This document shows, one piece after another, positions 37,901-50,204 of a stretch of DNA of 64,000 nucleotides. The position numbers were made by a program, and so were the translations under genes. Below the pieces are notes generated by a model. The model was given only the letters and a program-made list of their open reading frames with translations, was not told the DNA's origin and ran no database searches. The stretch lies in the NCBI GenBank assembly GCA_973895155.1, contig OZ316897.1, forward strand, positions 4,496,211-4,560,210, in the 5' to 3' direction. The stretch comes from Marsupella aquatica. Its lineage: Eukaryota; Plantae; Marchantiophyta. How positions within the stretch are numbered: the stretch's first letter is position 1; each line of letters opens with the position of its first letter.

Positions 37901-39581
37901 TTAAGGGATGCAGGTTTCTCTCAAACTGTGTTCAAGCCGCTTCGCCGGACGACTCTAGCCACAGGGTTGTTGCAAGCTTTGGGGATTCGGTTGCAGACTC
38001 CGACTAAAATTGTTGCTGCCAATTCAAAGATGCTGACAGGAAAGAGGGTACTTGTGGTGAGTTCAGTGAAACTGGCTCTTTTCTCGTGGCGTCTGCTACT
38101 CAAGAATTTACTGTCGATAGGCTTCCTAAGGTGGCAATGGGACCAGTAGTTTACACAGGCTGCTCAGTTTGTTAGCTAAGCAGGAGTCTGCTAGGAATTA
38201 GCAAATCCCTTGATCTTTCTGCTGTCTAGTGACCAAAGATTTCAGATTTGAGTGGCAGAATTGAAGAACTGATCGCTGTGATTCTCTTAATAGATGGCTA
38301 GTTTCTAATCTGGCCTTAGCCTGCATATGGGAAGGACATCTGGAAAAATGAAGTGGATCTTTATAATTTACCTGCTGTCTTGCTTAGTGTCGATGTCTGT
38401 GATCTAGGAACATGTTACTGCGTGAACAGAGTTTAATCCACAATGACCATAATCATAGGAGAATGTAGTGAAGACAACGAGTGAGTAAAGTCCGAATCCT
38501 TCCGATCACAAGGATTGTTTTAACCATTTCTTGTCAATATACCGTGGGCAGGTTGATGATAACTTAATAAATAGGAAGGTTGCTGGCTCAATGGTGGCTC
38601 GCTATGGTGCGACGGTGGAGTGTGTTAATAGTGGAGAAGAAGCTATCGAAGCTGTTAAGACCAAAGCACCAAATCTGCAGTTTGATCTGATACTCATGGA
38701 TATTCAAATGCCCGAGGTACTACAGAGACGTGACCCCTTCTTATATAAAGTTTTCATCGTACCTTAGGAACCACCTTTGGCTTCTGGGTTTGTTTGTCTG
38801 GGAAGAACCTACAATTTTTTCCGTTTCACAGATTTTCATGGTTCGCAGGGGATCTTCTCAGGTAGCAAATATTCCTCCTATCATATAGTGACCTTGCAAG
38901 ATGTACTTTTGAGTCAAAAAGAGAAGTGGTAGCCAGGCATGCTCAGAATTTGCTATGTAGTTCAGCTCAGTGTTTGGCTTCATGTAGGAATGGGTTCTTA
39001 TTGAAGTGAAGAGATTTTCTCAGGTACCAAGTATTCCTTCAATTATATAGTCACCTTGAATTTAGGATAGGAAGTCAGCTCTTGACTATAATTACTTGCT
39101 TTCGACTCTGCAGATGGATGGCTGTGAAGCCACTAGAAGGATACGTCATTGGGAAGTGGAAAGCTGCAGTCAGTGCAAGACAGCTTTGCATAGCGATGAA
39201 TTCACTCCTGCTCTCAGGCTACGCGAGGGCCATTCCTTCAGACAAAAAGAGCATCCTCCAGTAAGGGTGTGTCCACACAGCCGGATACCAGTTGTTGCAG
39301 TGACTGCTGATGTTATGAAAGGGACAAATGAGATGTGCTACAGCTCAGGCATGGACGACTACATGCCCAAGGTAATGTATTCTTACTTACTGCCCGGTGA
39401 TCAATTGGATCGAGTTTTTGTGCTGCCTATTTTATAGCGGAGGCGAAGATGACTAACTTACGGTTTGTGATGGCAGCCTCTCGGTCAAAAGACACTTCAG
39501 AGTGTGCTGGACAAATTTCTCAACATCGAAGTTGGCAATCAATCCCAAATCACCGATATTATGGGTGTTCCTTCACTTTGA
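31959..39581 (+). CDS. CHK: CHASE-domain hybrid histidine kinase (cytokinin-receptor family, non-canonical bryophyte-type CHK)
   Basis: In-phase GT-AG exons at 31959-32240, 33300-34291, 34650-34672, 34854-34941, 35075-35282, 35516-35548, 35870-36287, 36441-36553, 36829-37032, 37222-37307, 37744-38056, 38552-38716, 39114-39371 and 39477-39581. Domains: TM-CHASE(EYAPII)-TM; H-box [15 protein letters not shown]; N-box [14 protein letters not shown]; G1 EDTGIGI; G2 GGTGIGL; pseudo-receiver; receiver VDDN...[11 protein letters not shown]...TAD...PKP. The start ATG could be slightly downstream. Confidence 0.95.
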
Positions 39582-40559
39582 GACCAACGTGTAGAATTAT
39601 GACATCATCGTGTCCAGACAAATCGGATGAATTGGGTACGGCAGAAAGCGCAAGTCAAATGATGAGATTCGTTCGAAACGAAAAAGATGCTCCCAAAGCG
39701 TATCAGGTCTGCTAGATGGGGCAATCTACTGGGCTGTGGATCCAGGAGCTGATTACTGCTTCTGAGGGGTGGAGACGAAGAAGTAGCACCTACAAACGGG
39801 TCCACTGACGGCTTCTGATGAGAGAAGACCGCAACAACAGGGTGCGAAGAACGAGTAGAAGTTCCCAGCTTTGGAACTGCGTGCTTGCCTAGCCCAACCG
39901 AGGCAGTTTTATGTCCCATCCTCTTCGATCTGTATGTTTGCGGTCAAAGGCGTGGAAGTCAAATGAAATGGTTCGTAAGGGACGTGCCGAGCTGGCCAAG
40001 AACAAAAGAGGTGCCATCAAAGTGAAATAGGCCAGCAAGATGCTCAATCCTGCTGCTTCAGATCCACGATATGAGATCTCGTTTGTAGAAGGGATAGAAC
40101 GATGACTAGCAAAGACCGGATTGGGTTCGTTGAGTGCAAGTCTGTGAAAAGTGCCTGCGTGCAACTGTACGACGAAGAAAACCAAAATGAGCGGATGAGG
40201 CTGTGCGATCTGAGCGGATGAGGCTATGCGATCTGATGAGCTCTGTTTTGGACGACAACTGGCACGACTTTGTGAACACACATGCGACGAGGAGACATGC
40301 TGGTGAAATACCAGGTAAGTGCGGTCAAAGCTACAAGATCTGCTAAGCAGCAGATGTGAAATCTAGGATTTGACTAGCTCACCTCGTTTGGTGAAGGGTG
40401 TGGTAACAAAAGACCCAAGTGACTCTGTCCACTTAAACAATTGATGGAGAACGAAACGCTATCCCGGGAAGAATCGTTGACGGAGTTCGAGACTTTGGAA
40501 AGTGACAGGCATCTAGCTTGACCACAGGTAGAGGCAGGCTCCTTTTCCGAATTTTAGGA

Positions 40560-41210
40560 GTAGAGGAGGTAGTCATACATTCTTGTCATTCTGTAGACAT
40601 CCTAGACGACAATTTGTTCGCTGAAGAAGAATGTGACGCTCTAAATGCTATACTCTCGGCCTCCCTCCCAGGAATGGGACTGCTCGATAAATTTGTACAC
40701 CAGCTACGAGTGAATGTTATCGCCTGCATTAGGCGGCCACACAAGTCGGCAAGGCTCCCCGAATTCTAGTACCCTCAGTCACTTTGCTTTCTGTGTGGTG
40801 TATTCTGTTACTTTCAAGGCGGAGTTCAAGGAAATGGTAGTTGGATTCTCGTTATGGATTCTCCTTTGTGTATTACTATTGATGCCCCTCGATGAGCCAG
40901 TTTTGCGAGCGAAAAAGTTTAATGTACGTTGCCATGAACATGAATGGGCTCTTCCGGCCCAGGATTGCGGACCATTTGAGACTGAATTGAGTATGATTAT
41001 GAGGGTTGATGTTACATGTTGCTGCTCCATGCACGGGCAATGAGAACCACCACCTCCCCAATGCCATTGTATATCTTCATCCCCTCACTACCATGACCAC
41101 ATCTAAGAATGTGCATACCCTCTTCATCCAGCAAAGCCCCACAAACGCATGTGGGTAGACGTTGACGCAAGAGGCACAGGTGAAGAAGGCCAAGTTGGAA
41201 GGCCAAGTTT
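40560..41210 (-). mobile_element. Decayed 3' fragment of a CRE-like (restriction-like endonuclease) non-LTR retrotransposon
   Basis: The minus frame FQLGL...CVCGALLDEEGMHILRCGHGSEGMKIYNGIGEVVVLIARA matches the RLG...CxCG...DxxGxHxLxC...(H)N zinc knuckle that precedes RLE domains. Downstream sequence is frameshifted and contains stops. Confidence 0.5.
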
Positions 41211-41710
41211 GTGGTCAGGATGAAAAACCTCACACCGTGAATGTGAAGATGAAAAAACTCGTACCAAAGAGGATTCACTATGCTAGCCAAAAGCCAGGCC
41301 CCTGAACTGGATGAAAGATGTGCTCAAACTAAATCCAAAGATGCCCTGGAAAGTACTACAGGGTGTGGTCAGGATGAAAAAACTCATACCATGAATGTGA
41401 AGATGAAAGAACTCGTACCAAAGAGGATCCACTATGCTAGCCAAAAGCCTGGCCCCTGAACCGGATGAAAGATGTGCTCAAACCAAATCCAAAGGTGCCA
41501 CTGAAATTACTAAACGGTACATGGATGCATTTGATTGGAAATCACCTGTTGAACTTGGTCTGGAAAGCACTAAAGGGTGCGTCGATGCATGTGATTGGAA
41601 ATCACCTGTTCAACTTGGTCCGGAAAGCACTAAAAGGGCACTAAAAGGTGCGTCGATGCATGCGATCGGAAATTGTCAATGCATGCGATTGGCGATCACC
41701 TGTTGAACTC
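41210..41710. repeat. ~154-bp tandem duplication followed by ~60-bp repeats
   Basis: gtggtcaggatgaaaaa...aaatccaaag at 41211 and 41365; gatgcat...gattggaaatcacctgtt occurs 3-4 times. Confidence 0.85.
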
Positions 41711-41949
41711 TGTATGGAATGTCAAGAACAACCTCAAAAGCAGGAACCAGGCTATGCTTATCCTCAGGCAAAAGGGTGCAGGCATGAACTCATCCTGAGT
41801 GTCAAGAACAACATCCATAAAAACCTCCACGAAAGGAATTGCGCTATGCACATCGTCGGGCAAAATGGTCCAGGCATGAAGCTAGGCTTGAAACGAGATA
41901 GCTCAGTTCCCCACCCATGACAACCCATTTGTGCAAAGGTGTCGTTGAT

Positions 41950-42645
41950 GTTGTGCTGCGGTTGTGTCATCTGATGAGAGTTCTTCTGCTTCCTCGAACT
42001 CGCTGGCGTCGTCTTTATCATGGACAGGAGTAGTTGATTTGCGATCATGAAGAGCTTTGAAGACGAGGTACAGTGCAAGGTCTCGGTCGCTTCTGTCTTT
42101 CCTGAGAATCTTAGCAATTCATGAAGATGGAGTCGATAATTTGCTGCACATCTGCGGAGCGAGGGTGCTCATGGACCTGCAGAAAGTTCTGGCCAGAATG
42201 TTGAATGCGGGATGGTGGCAATAGGTGAGGTTGATGTGCATGTCCATGCGGCCCGGGCGCAGCAGCCCCGGATCGAACTTAGTAATGAAGTTTGTGGCGA
42301 AGACGAAGACGAAGATGCGCTCAGATCCACAAGAGGACCATAAGCCGTCGGTAAAATTGAGCAATCCCGAGAGAGTCACCCTGCTTGGCTTGTCTTCCTC
42401 GTGGGGTTTCTTTCATTAGAGGGGAGGCATTTTCTTGTTTCTCCGCTGTCTTCTTCTTCTTCTTTTCTTTGGCCGGCGAGGTTTAGCAGTCAATGTCTTC
42501 GATGACCACTATGGACTTGTTGGACATGTGAAGAAGGAGCGTGCGGAGGCCCGCATTTTATTAGACTTCTGTGAGCTCCAGATCATCGGCGTCGTTTGCC
42601 ATAGCGGCAATGATCGAAGTTTTCCCTGTACCGGGAGGGCCACAT
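41950..42645 (-). pseudogene. BCS1-like AAA-ATPase pseudogene, 5'-truncated
   Basis: Walker A GPPGTGKTSIIAAMA, Walker B SIVVIEDIDC, TLSGLLNFTDGLWSSCGSERIFVF and DPGLLRPGRMDMHI. It has in-frame stops and frameshifts, and the N-terminal part is missing. Confidence 0.9.
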
Positions 42646-44972
42646 TGATTGTTTTGAGGTTTTTGTTGAATTGTATCACACACCTTTTGTCCATGTTTTG
42701 TTAAAAAGGCAACAACGCAATTATGCCTTGTGTCAGGGATCTCACCTATTCACCTGCTGAAGCAAATGAGTTTTACACCCAATCATGCAGAGTAAATTTT
42801 TCTGGCCTTTTTTACCCGCCCTCAGTGCACAATACACAATACATAGCAAAGAGGATTGTTTTAACCCAGCCAACTGCACTACTTCAATAAACATGACCTA
42901 AGCTTTAGTGCAAACTTGAAAACTTTTTCAAAAATGGCACACAAAATGCACCCAGTTTGCATTGTTACAAGGTGTCACCCCGCACTACACTAACTCTTGT
43001 TGTAAAGATAGGCTCAAGACAAAAAAATATGAAAATTCAATTCAATAACTGTTAATCAGTTGAATGCATGAGCCAAAGTTTGTACATGTTTGGGCAACCT
43101 CTAGAGGTGGCCCAAATTCTAGAAAATTAAGCACTACACTTCAGAGTATAGTTGGACCCACTCCTTGCCATCTAGGATAGGTAGACACTATACCTGGGCC
43201 TCCGGGCTTTTGTGAACCCAACTGTGGTAAGGGCTGACAATCTCAGATGAAATCAAACGAAGACAATGGGCCCCCACATCTTGTACAGCCGCAGAAAGAC
43301 AGTTGCCTCTTTGCAAGACCAAAGTAGACATTCTGCAATGGAATTCCTGTTTCTTTTGGGGAAAGGGGAAATCATGCTTGGTTGGAAAACAATGTGTATC
43401 ATTCCATGCAACTAGAATGAACCTAAGAGCTTTTGAGACCCCAAAAGTGTGACCACTTATACAAAGGAAAGCTACAATTTCAATCTGGAGCAGTACAGTA
43501 TTACAACATTTTATTTGGGTTCCACTGATCCATATGAGTTAATGGTCATACATTGTGGTCCATCTCTTTTTGGGAAGAAAGGAACCGGTGCAATCTTGAG
43601 TGAGGTGAAACCTTTGAGTCTCTTATGGAGAGAGAGGAGAAAAAAAGATTGGCCGGCCCTCCGGTTCAACTACAGCTGAAAAGAAGCAGGGGAGATCCGA
43701 AGGAAAGAAAAGATTAACAACTTACACTAGATGAACTACTCCCATCAGATAGGTCCACGACTGCCTACTTACTAATGAACTTCAAAGTAAAAGTTTTTTC
43801 CTATTTGTCTAGGGTATGAGTTTGTTCTGTAAGGCATGTGGTACTTGCAGACCCTATTTGCAAGAGCCATGAGTTGGGATTGTTGCCAATGAGCCAGGCC
43901 ATGTTGCACCCAAGGCAGCCCAGCTCAAAGAGGAGGTTTATGCAACTCGCTGCCATGGGGATTTGTAGTACCTATTTGTTTCTCGGATTTGTTTTGAAAA
44001 TCTGTGGGGCTCTACACTATACCTTTGACTGTTTTTTGTGATCTTGTGTGATCTTTTTTATCGAGTGACAGCCTTATCCTACAGTATCTGTCCTCACTTC
44101 TTTAGATAGCAGGTGTTTGTTGCACTACAAAGGGCTCAGGCATTCACTATATTCTGGAGGAGTGAGGCTGTTGACTGTCTGGTTTACTTGCCACATTTCA
44201 CTCATCGATATAACATGATTCTACTATATAAGAAGAAAAGAGGGTTTATCTGCATTCCATCCGGGTTGCAAAACTCTGTCCAAGCATATTGACCAATAGT
44301 GGAGGTCCAATTGGGCGTCAATCTTGGGACCAGACATTTATATTAAATTGTTTTAGAAACTTGGTTTTTAAAATCCAGAAGGTTTAAGCCAAGTAACTCA
44401 TTCATGTAGGAAATATGGGCCCCTACTAGAAATGCCTATGAGATAATATTCCATACTCATCTCTTGTCATGTGCAATGTTGTGGTAGATTGAATAATGCA
44501 GTGAGAAAGGGTTTACTTGGTGTAAGCATCCCAGTGTGGATGTACGAGGCATAGAGGCAAGTGAGCTTGCATCCTCGAACAACCTTAAAGTACCAAAAGT
44601 TTGCTGTCAGTTGAAAAGCTGCAGTATGTGATTAATGATACAGGTTGGTTACCGATGCTACTGTAGTAACAAGTAAGAGCTAGTTCCAAACTTTTTCAGG
44701 GTATTATTTTCTACATCATCCCAAATTCAGGCATCTTAAAATGCTAAAAAAATACAGTGAAGCACTTTTAAGAAACTGCCCAGATATCAGGAGGCATCAG
44801 GTGTAACTTCAAGGTTCGTTTGACTGCTTGACTAACTGCTACTTTTCCAATGTTACCTCTAGCCCCCTCTAGCTGATTAAAACTGTGAAGATCCTCATAG
44901 AGAATAATAGAGAGTTGAAGTATGAATATTCTTTCAAAGTTGAATGCATTCTCTAGAATTGCCTTTGTTTGA

Positions 44973-45195
44973 CACTAGTAGAAAATGGGGTCAATTATGA
45001 CCCAACTACTTAGGACACATGCAACCCCTGTCATTTTCTAAGACTACAAATCATTTACAATGACTTACACAAGAGTCATTCAAATGACTCTTGACCATTT
45101 CACTGGCAAGACAAATGACTCAAGTGAAAGTGAGTCCTAAGTGAGTCATACCATAGTCCTAATGCAATCATAATTGACCCTGTTTTCTACTAGTG
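44973..45195. mobile_element. CACTA-type MITE (223 bp)
   Basis: 28-bp TIRs with 2 mismatches: cactagtagaaaatggggtcaattatga / tcataattgaccctgttttctactagtg. The 3-bp flanks (tga/cat) do not match. Confidence 0.8.
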
Positions 45196-45649
45196 CATCA
45201 AGCAAATACCTCTAAGTGTTGCTAGTGAATATAGTAGTGACGCATCTAACCTTAACCAATCACCTAACTAGGTTAAAGACTAATTATAGTTACACAAAAA
45301 CTCTAGACCTAAGACAGGACCTGAGAGTAATGCCTAGCACGAATGTCAATTGGATGGGTGCCCTTCCTAGTTGGTGACTTAATGCCCTTAGTTATTTTTC
45401 TCTTTTTGGCTCTTTGATGGATAATTGAGAATGTGCGGTCTGGATCTGGATCAAGCTATTGTGAAACTTCTTAAGAACTCCCCAAGAACTGTAGTAAGAA
45501 TAGAACATCTTGTAGGCCCTTAAATATATTAACCCTTGTAACAAGGGCATTATAACTAATAATATAATAACCCACAAAGACAGGCCAAGGTCCTGGTTTC
45601 ATGGTGTTATGGCCCACAGCACCTTGTTACCACAGTGTTACTATACTGA

Positions 45650-47400
45650 ACACCGTGGACTCACAAAACTGACATCCTTGAGCCAATACGGGGAAACTTC
45701 AAGGGTCATGGCATTGGTTAATAGGTGGGTGGGGACTGGCTAATGAACAACAAAAAAACTAACAAATTTCTGTCAAAAGCAATAAAAACTCTTCAGTGAG
45801 GTGGGATCTGGCAAAATTTTGCCATTAAAAAATGCCCCTGATTGTTAGATCCATCAATGGGTGCCCGCGGGAGGGGCTCAATGTAGGGACGGACATCATG
45901 TGCCATGTTTTAGGGTTTGACCCCATATCTTATGAGCAAGTTTTTGGCCTCATCCTCTCTTTCTTTAAATCCGGCCATTTCTATAACCCTTAAAACTTTA
46001 AGAAAAGTGTTTCCCTACAATTAAACAGGACTAGTGTTTTTTAAAGTCAGCCAATGGATAAAACGCCCTTTGTTCTTCCATAAATCTTTGGAAGTATTTT
46101 GCCATACCCATTTAAATGTGTCTATATTACTTCATTGCACTTGACATGTCATTTCTGCAGAAGTGCCCCCCACGCCAAGTGGGTGCCCCTACTAGTGACA
46201 AAACCTTGAGTCACAAAAAGAAAACCCTTGAGTATTAGGTGAAACCTCGAGGCTAATGCAGTCTGGCTAGGTGTGAAACTGGCTTTTGGATGACAGAAAA
46301 CCCAGCAAATATGTGGCATTAGTGACCAAGACTTTTCAGCGAGGTGGAATCTGGTCAACTTTTGTGACTGAAGAAACCCCCTGGCCAGTCCAAAGGTCCA
46401 ATAGATGGGCGGCCACACTAGTGACAAAATAGTTGAATATTAGGGGAAGCCTTGAGCTAGTGGTCTATGTGGCTAGTTGTGAAACTGGCTGATGGATCAC
46501 AAAGCCCAGCAAATTTCCGCCAAAAGTAACCAAGATTTTCAGTGAGGTCGAATCTGGAAAATTTTTGCCACCAAAAACCCCTGGTCCAAAGGTTCCTCAG
46601 ACGAGTGCCCTTGTTAGCGACAGGATCTTGAATTGCAAAACTAAATCCTTGAGAATTAGGTGAAACCTCTACGCTACTGGCATATGTGGCTAGGTATGAA
46701 ACTGGCTAAAGTGGACAAAAAAGAGCCCAACTAGTTTTGGCCAGAAGAGAGCAAGCCTTTTCTGTGACAAAACCTTGAGTCTCAAAACTAAATCCTTGAG
46801 AATTAAGTGAAACCTCAAGAACAATGGGGTCTCTGGCTAGATGGGAAACTTGATAAAATGGATGACAAAAAGTCCTGAGTGCATATTTCTGCCAAAAGGC
46901 ACCAAGGAGTTTTTAAGTGAGGTTGAATCTACCAAATTTTTGTCACAAAAAAGAAAGCTGGTTTCTTCCCTATTAGATAGAGGTATCGCAATGATTCACG
47001 AGGTACTTGGTTCAGAGGGTACCAATGACCATATCTATCTTCAACGAGCCCATTCTTTCAATGTCAATAGACATGACGACAAAAATTGGATGGGTGCCCT
47101 TACCAGTGATGTATAGGGTAATGATGGTCTGGGGTTACTAGTCTGTAACCCTGTGACCAGAAAGTGAGAAAATGTTGACTGCAGCAGTGCAGCAGTCATT
47201 ATTATATGTAATACTTGCCCCTAACAAAAAAAATAGGGGGTAAGAGTTTTTGGACACAGGTTATCAAAATGATAGCACCTAGTAAAAAAGGTTACCCACC
47301 AGTAACCTTTTTTTCCTGCCAGGAATTTCAAAACCTTGAGTGGCAAAAAAGAAATCCTTGAGTCAGTGAGGGGGTAACCTCGCTTGCGCCAATAAGGGGT
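45650..47400. repeat. Degenerate tandem array, ~200-230-bp units
   Basis: Recurrent gtgacaaaaccttgag...tccttgag..ttaggtgaaacctc...gaaactggct...ttttcagtgaggtggaatctgg motifs, about 5-6 copies. Confidence 0.75.
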
Positions 47401-48143
47401 GTCCTTCGAAAACTCTAAAAGCACGCCAATTGGAGGCCACCGAACAAGGTTCGAGCCCCGATCACGGCCTTTACGAATCAGACCACTTTTCGCAGCAGAC
47501 CGTCGACACCCAGGCACGGAATAGCTTTTCCCTCGCTCGCTCCACCACAATCTGCGGCCCAACTCTGTGTGTGTGTGTGTGTTTTTCCCCCTTGCGTGCT
47601 CCCTGCTCTCTTTGACGACCCCTGATCTCTGTGCCATAGCTCTTTTCTCGATCGCCCACTACTGCTCTCTAGCTGTTCCTCGGCTCCGATCTGCTTTCGT
47701 TCCTTGGCTTCGATCTGCTGTCTTTTGCTTTTGCTTTTGCTTTAGCATTGGCTTTGGCTATGCTATGCTGACCAGGGTGCGGGGCCGAAGGAACGTGCAG
47801 ACAAGGAAGGAGTAGCTCCACGGGCCCCTAATGTTACGGATCTGAGCTCGCACGACTCTGCTTCTATTATACACTGTGGTGGTGTCATTAGCAGGGGAAC
47901 GACAGGAAGGAGGGAGGGAGTGGATCGATTGGGAACAGGAAGGAAAGTAGGGAAGGAGTATCGTAGGTCGTCGTGAAATGCGGTGAGGAAGGGAGGAGGT
48001 CGAGAAGGAGAAGGAGAAGGAGAAGAAGCCGGATCTATCGGGTGGGGAAAGCTTTGGAGAGACGGGACGGAAGCAGTAGGTCAGACGAGGAAGGGCAAGG
48101 AAGAGTGAGAGTGAGAGTGAGAGTGCAAGAGATTGAGAGAGCG

Positions 48144-50204
48144 ATGGCCGGGTTCGAGTACGGGGGAGGAGGCGAGGATCAGAGTGGGGCGTATATGGGT
48201 TTCGACTCGAGGCAGCGCTTCGATGAGTCGCAGAGGTTCGATGAGTCGTTCAGGGCGCCGGAGCACTTCAATCCAACCTTCGGTGACGAGCCGAAAGAGG
48301 AGATCGAGGATGACTTCAAGAGCGCCAATGGCTTCGGATACCATCAGGCGGAGAACCCTCCTGCCTACGGATTCGAGGATGAGCCCACGGGCCAGGCTGC
48401 TGAAGCGTCCCCTGGTTATGAACCATCGTTTGAGCCAGATCTGCATTCTGAGTATGGCCAGGGTGGTGGCGAGTTCACTGGCGAGCACGGAGAGCACGGC
48501 GAGCACGGCTCGAACGGGAATGGATTTGGCGCCAACGGCGATGACGATACTCTTTTCAGTAGTATCCCATCTGATGGACCTATCCTTCCCCCTCCAGAAG
48601 AGATGAGGGAAGAAGGCTTGGCATTGAGAGAGTGGAAGCGGTAATGCGGCCTCTTGATCACTGTATCGTCTTGCTTCCATCGTTGCTTCTCACTCCGCCT
48701 CCTCCCACCTCTCGTTGTAGTTTGTGCTGTAGCTTTGCGTGTGTCACTGTCACTTCTTCTGAACTGGGTTTTGCACTTGTTTGGAGTTGATTACCACATC
48801 TTTCATTTGCTCATTGTGCTTGTCATGTATCCAGTCAAAATGCTATTCGGCTCCAAGAAAAGGAGAGGCAGGAGAGAGAAGATCTGGCACGGATTATCAG
48901 GGAAGCCGATGATTACAAGGACGCTCAGTTTGACAAGAGGAAGACAGCAATCGACAACGGGATGAAGAACAACCGTGACAGAGAAAAGGTGATCGTCCTT
49001 GCCAATTGCAGATCGGGTTGTTTACACAGTATTTCCTTCTCACACGTGTAGTCGGGAGAGCCCCCTGCAGCTAAACTATTTCAGCTCAACTTTGCTGTGG
49101 GTCGTGCCAGCTATCGAACTTTCGCTTATTCTGACCTAAATATCTTCTGTCGATAGTCACGAGGCAGAACCAGTGGCACGGGCGTGATTTAGATCTTTCG
49201 CCCTAGTTTTCTCTCTTGTTCAGTAGTGAGGCCTGCTCTCTAGACTTTGGGATCTAGCAGTTTTGGTTCTGTAGTTATCTTCTGTCAGCCATGCTCAGTC
49301 GATCTGTTTTCAGCTTAATGAGGAACTAGCAACAGAAATGAGCTCTGCTACGCAAGGCGGTAGTGCATGTCTCTCCCTTCAATTACCAGAGAATTAGCCC
49401 TCGGCAACCCATTGTGCCAGACTCCTCCTCTTAAAGATTTTCTGTCAATAGCGGCAATAAAAGCAGTTGGTAATTTGCACTAGATACATTAGTGAAGGTC
49501 GTAGGCATTCGTTTGTTGGACTGGCTTTTTCATTCTGGTCATATCGGTCACGATCCAGAAGCTCAGGAAGACGGTCTTCCTGTATTGCGTCTGTAAACTC
49601 CAATCCCTAATTTCAGAATTAATCCTCACACAGGGCAACTGTTTTATTTCAGTGCAGACTTAGTGCGTGCCCAAGAATGTAGTCTTTGAATCTGGAAAAT
49701 GACTTAAGGTCGTTAGATATTGGGTAGGGCGCTTTCAAGACAATGTAAGATCTGCTCCAGTAAATTGTCATGTCTGTCAAGGCCATCCCTAACCGATCCC
49801 TTCGTGTCTGGCAGACGTACCTTCAAAATAAGGAGACTTTCCACAAGGAAGCAGACAAGCATTACTGGAAGGCGGTTGCTGAACTCATTCCAAATGAATT
49901 GCCAACGATTGACAAGGGAGGCAAGAAGGACAGGAAAGATAAGAAACCCGGGATTGTGGCTATCAAGGGTCCTAAACCGGGGAAATCTACTGATATGACC
50001 AGATTACGTCACGTCCTTGTAAAGCTGAAACATAATCCTCCTCCTCACATGAAGTACAAGCCTCCACCACCACCTCCCGTTGCAGACAAAGATAAGGCCA
50101 AGGACAAGGATGGCAAGGAAAAGGAAGTTGCACCCAAAGGGACAGAGGGATCCCCTGCACCAGCAGCAGCCCCGCCCGCTCCTACACCGGTGGCTGCAGC
50201 GTGA
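48144..50204 (+). CDS. CLC: Clathrin light chain
   Basis: Exons 48144-48640, 48835-48988 and 49815-50204. Acidic N-terminus; motifs [56 protein letters not shown] and [28 protein letters not shown]. Confidence 0.95.

Noticed and set aside
47440-47470. ggttcgagcccc, a B-box/T-loop-like motif suggesting a tRNA
   Set aside because: No acceptor stem, D arm or anticodon arm could be folded upstream.
47973-48143. N-terminal Arg-rich extension of the 223-aa ORF
   Set aside because: It is a translation of the GA-rich 5' UTR from a non-ATG start; the plausible start is ATG 48144.
48081-48680. 199-aa antisense ORF and 157-aa alternate-frame ORF
   Set aside because: These are shadows of the GC-rich clathrin light-chain exon 1.
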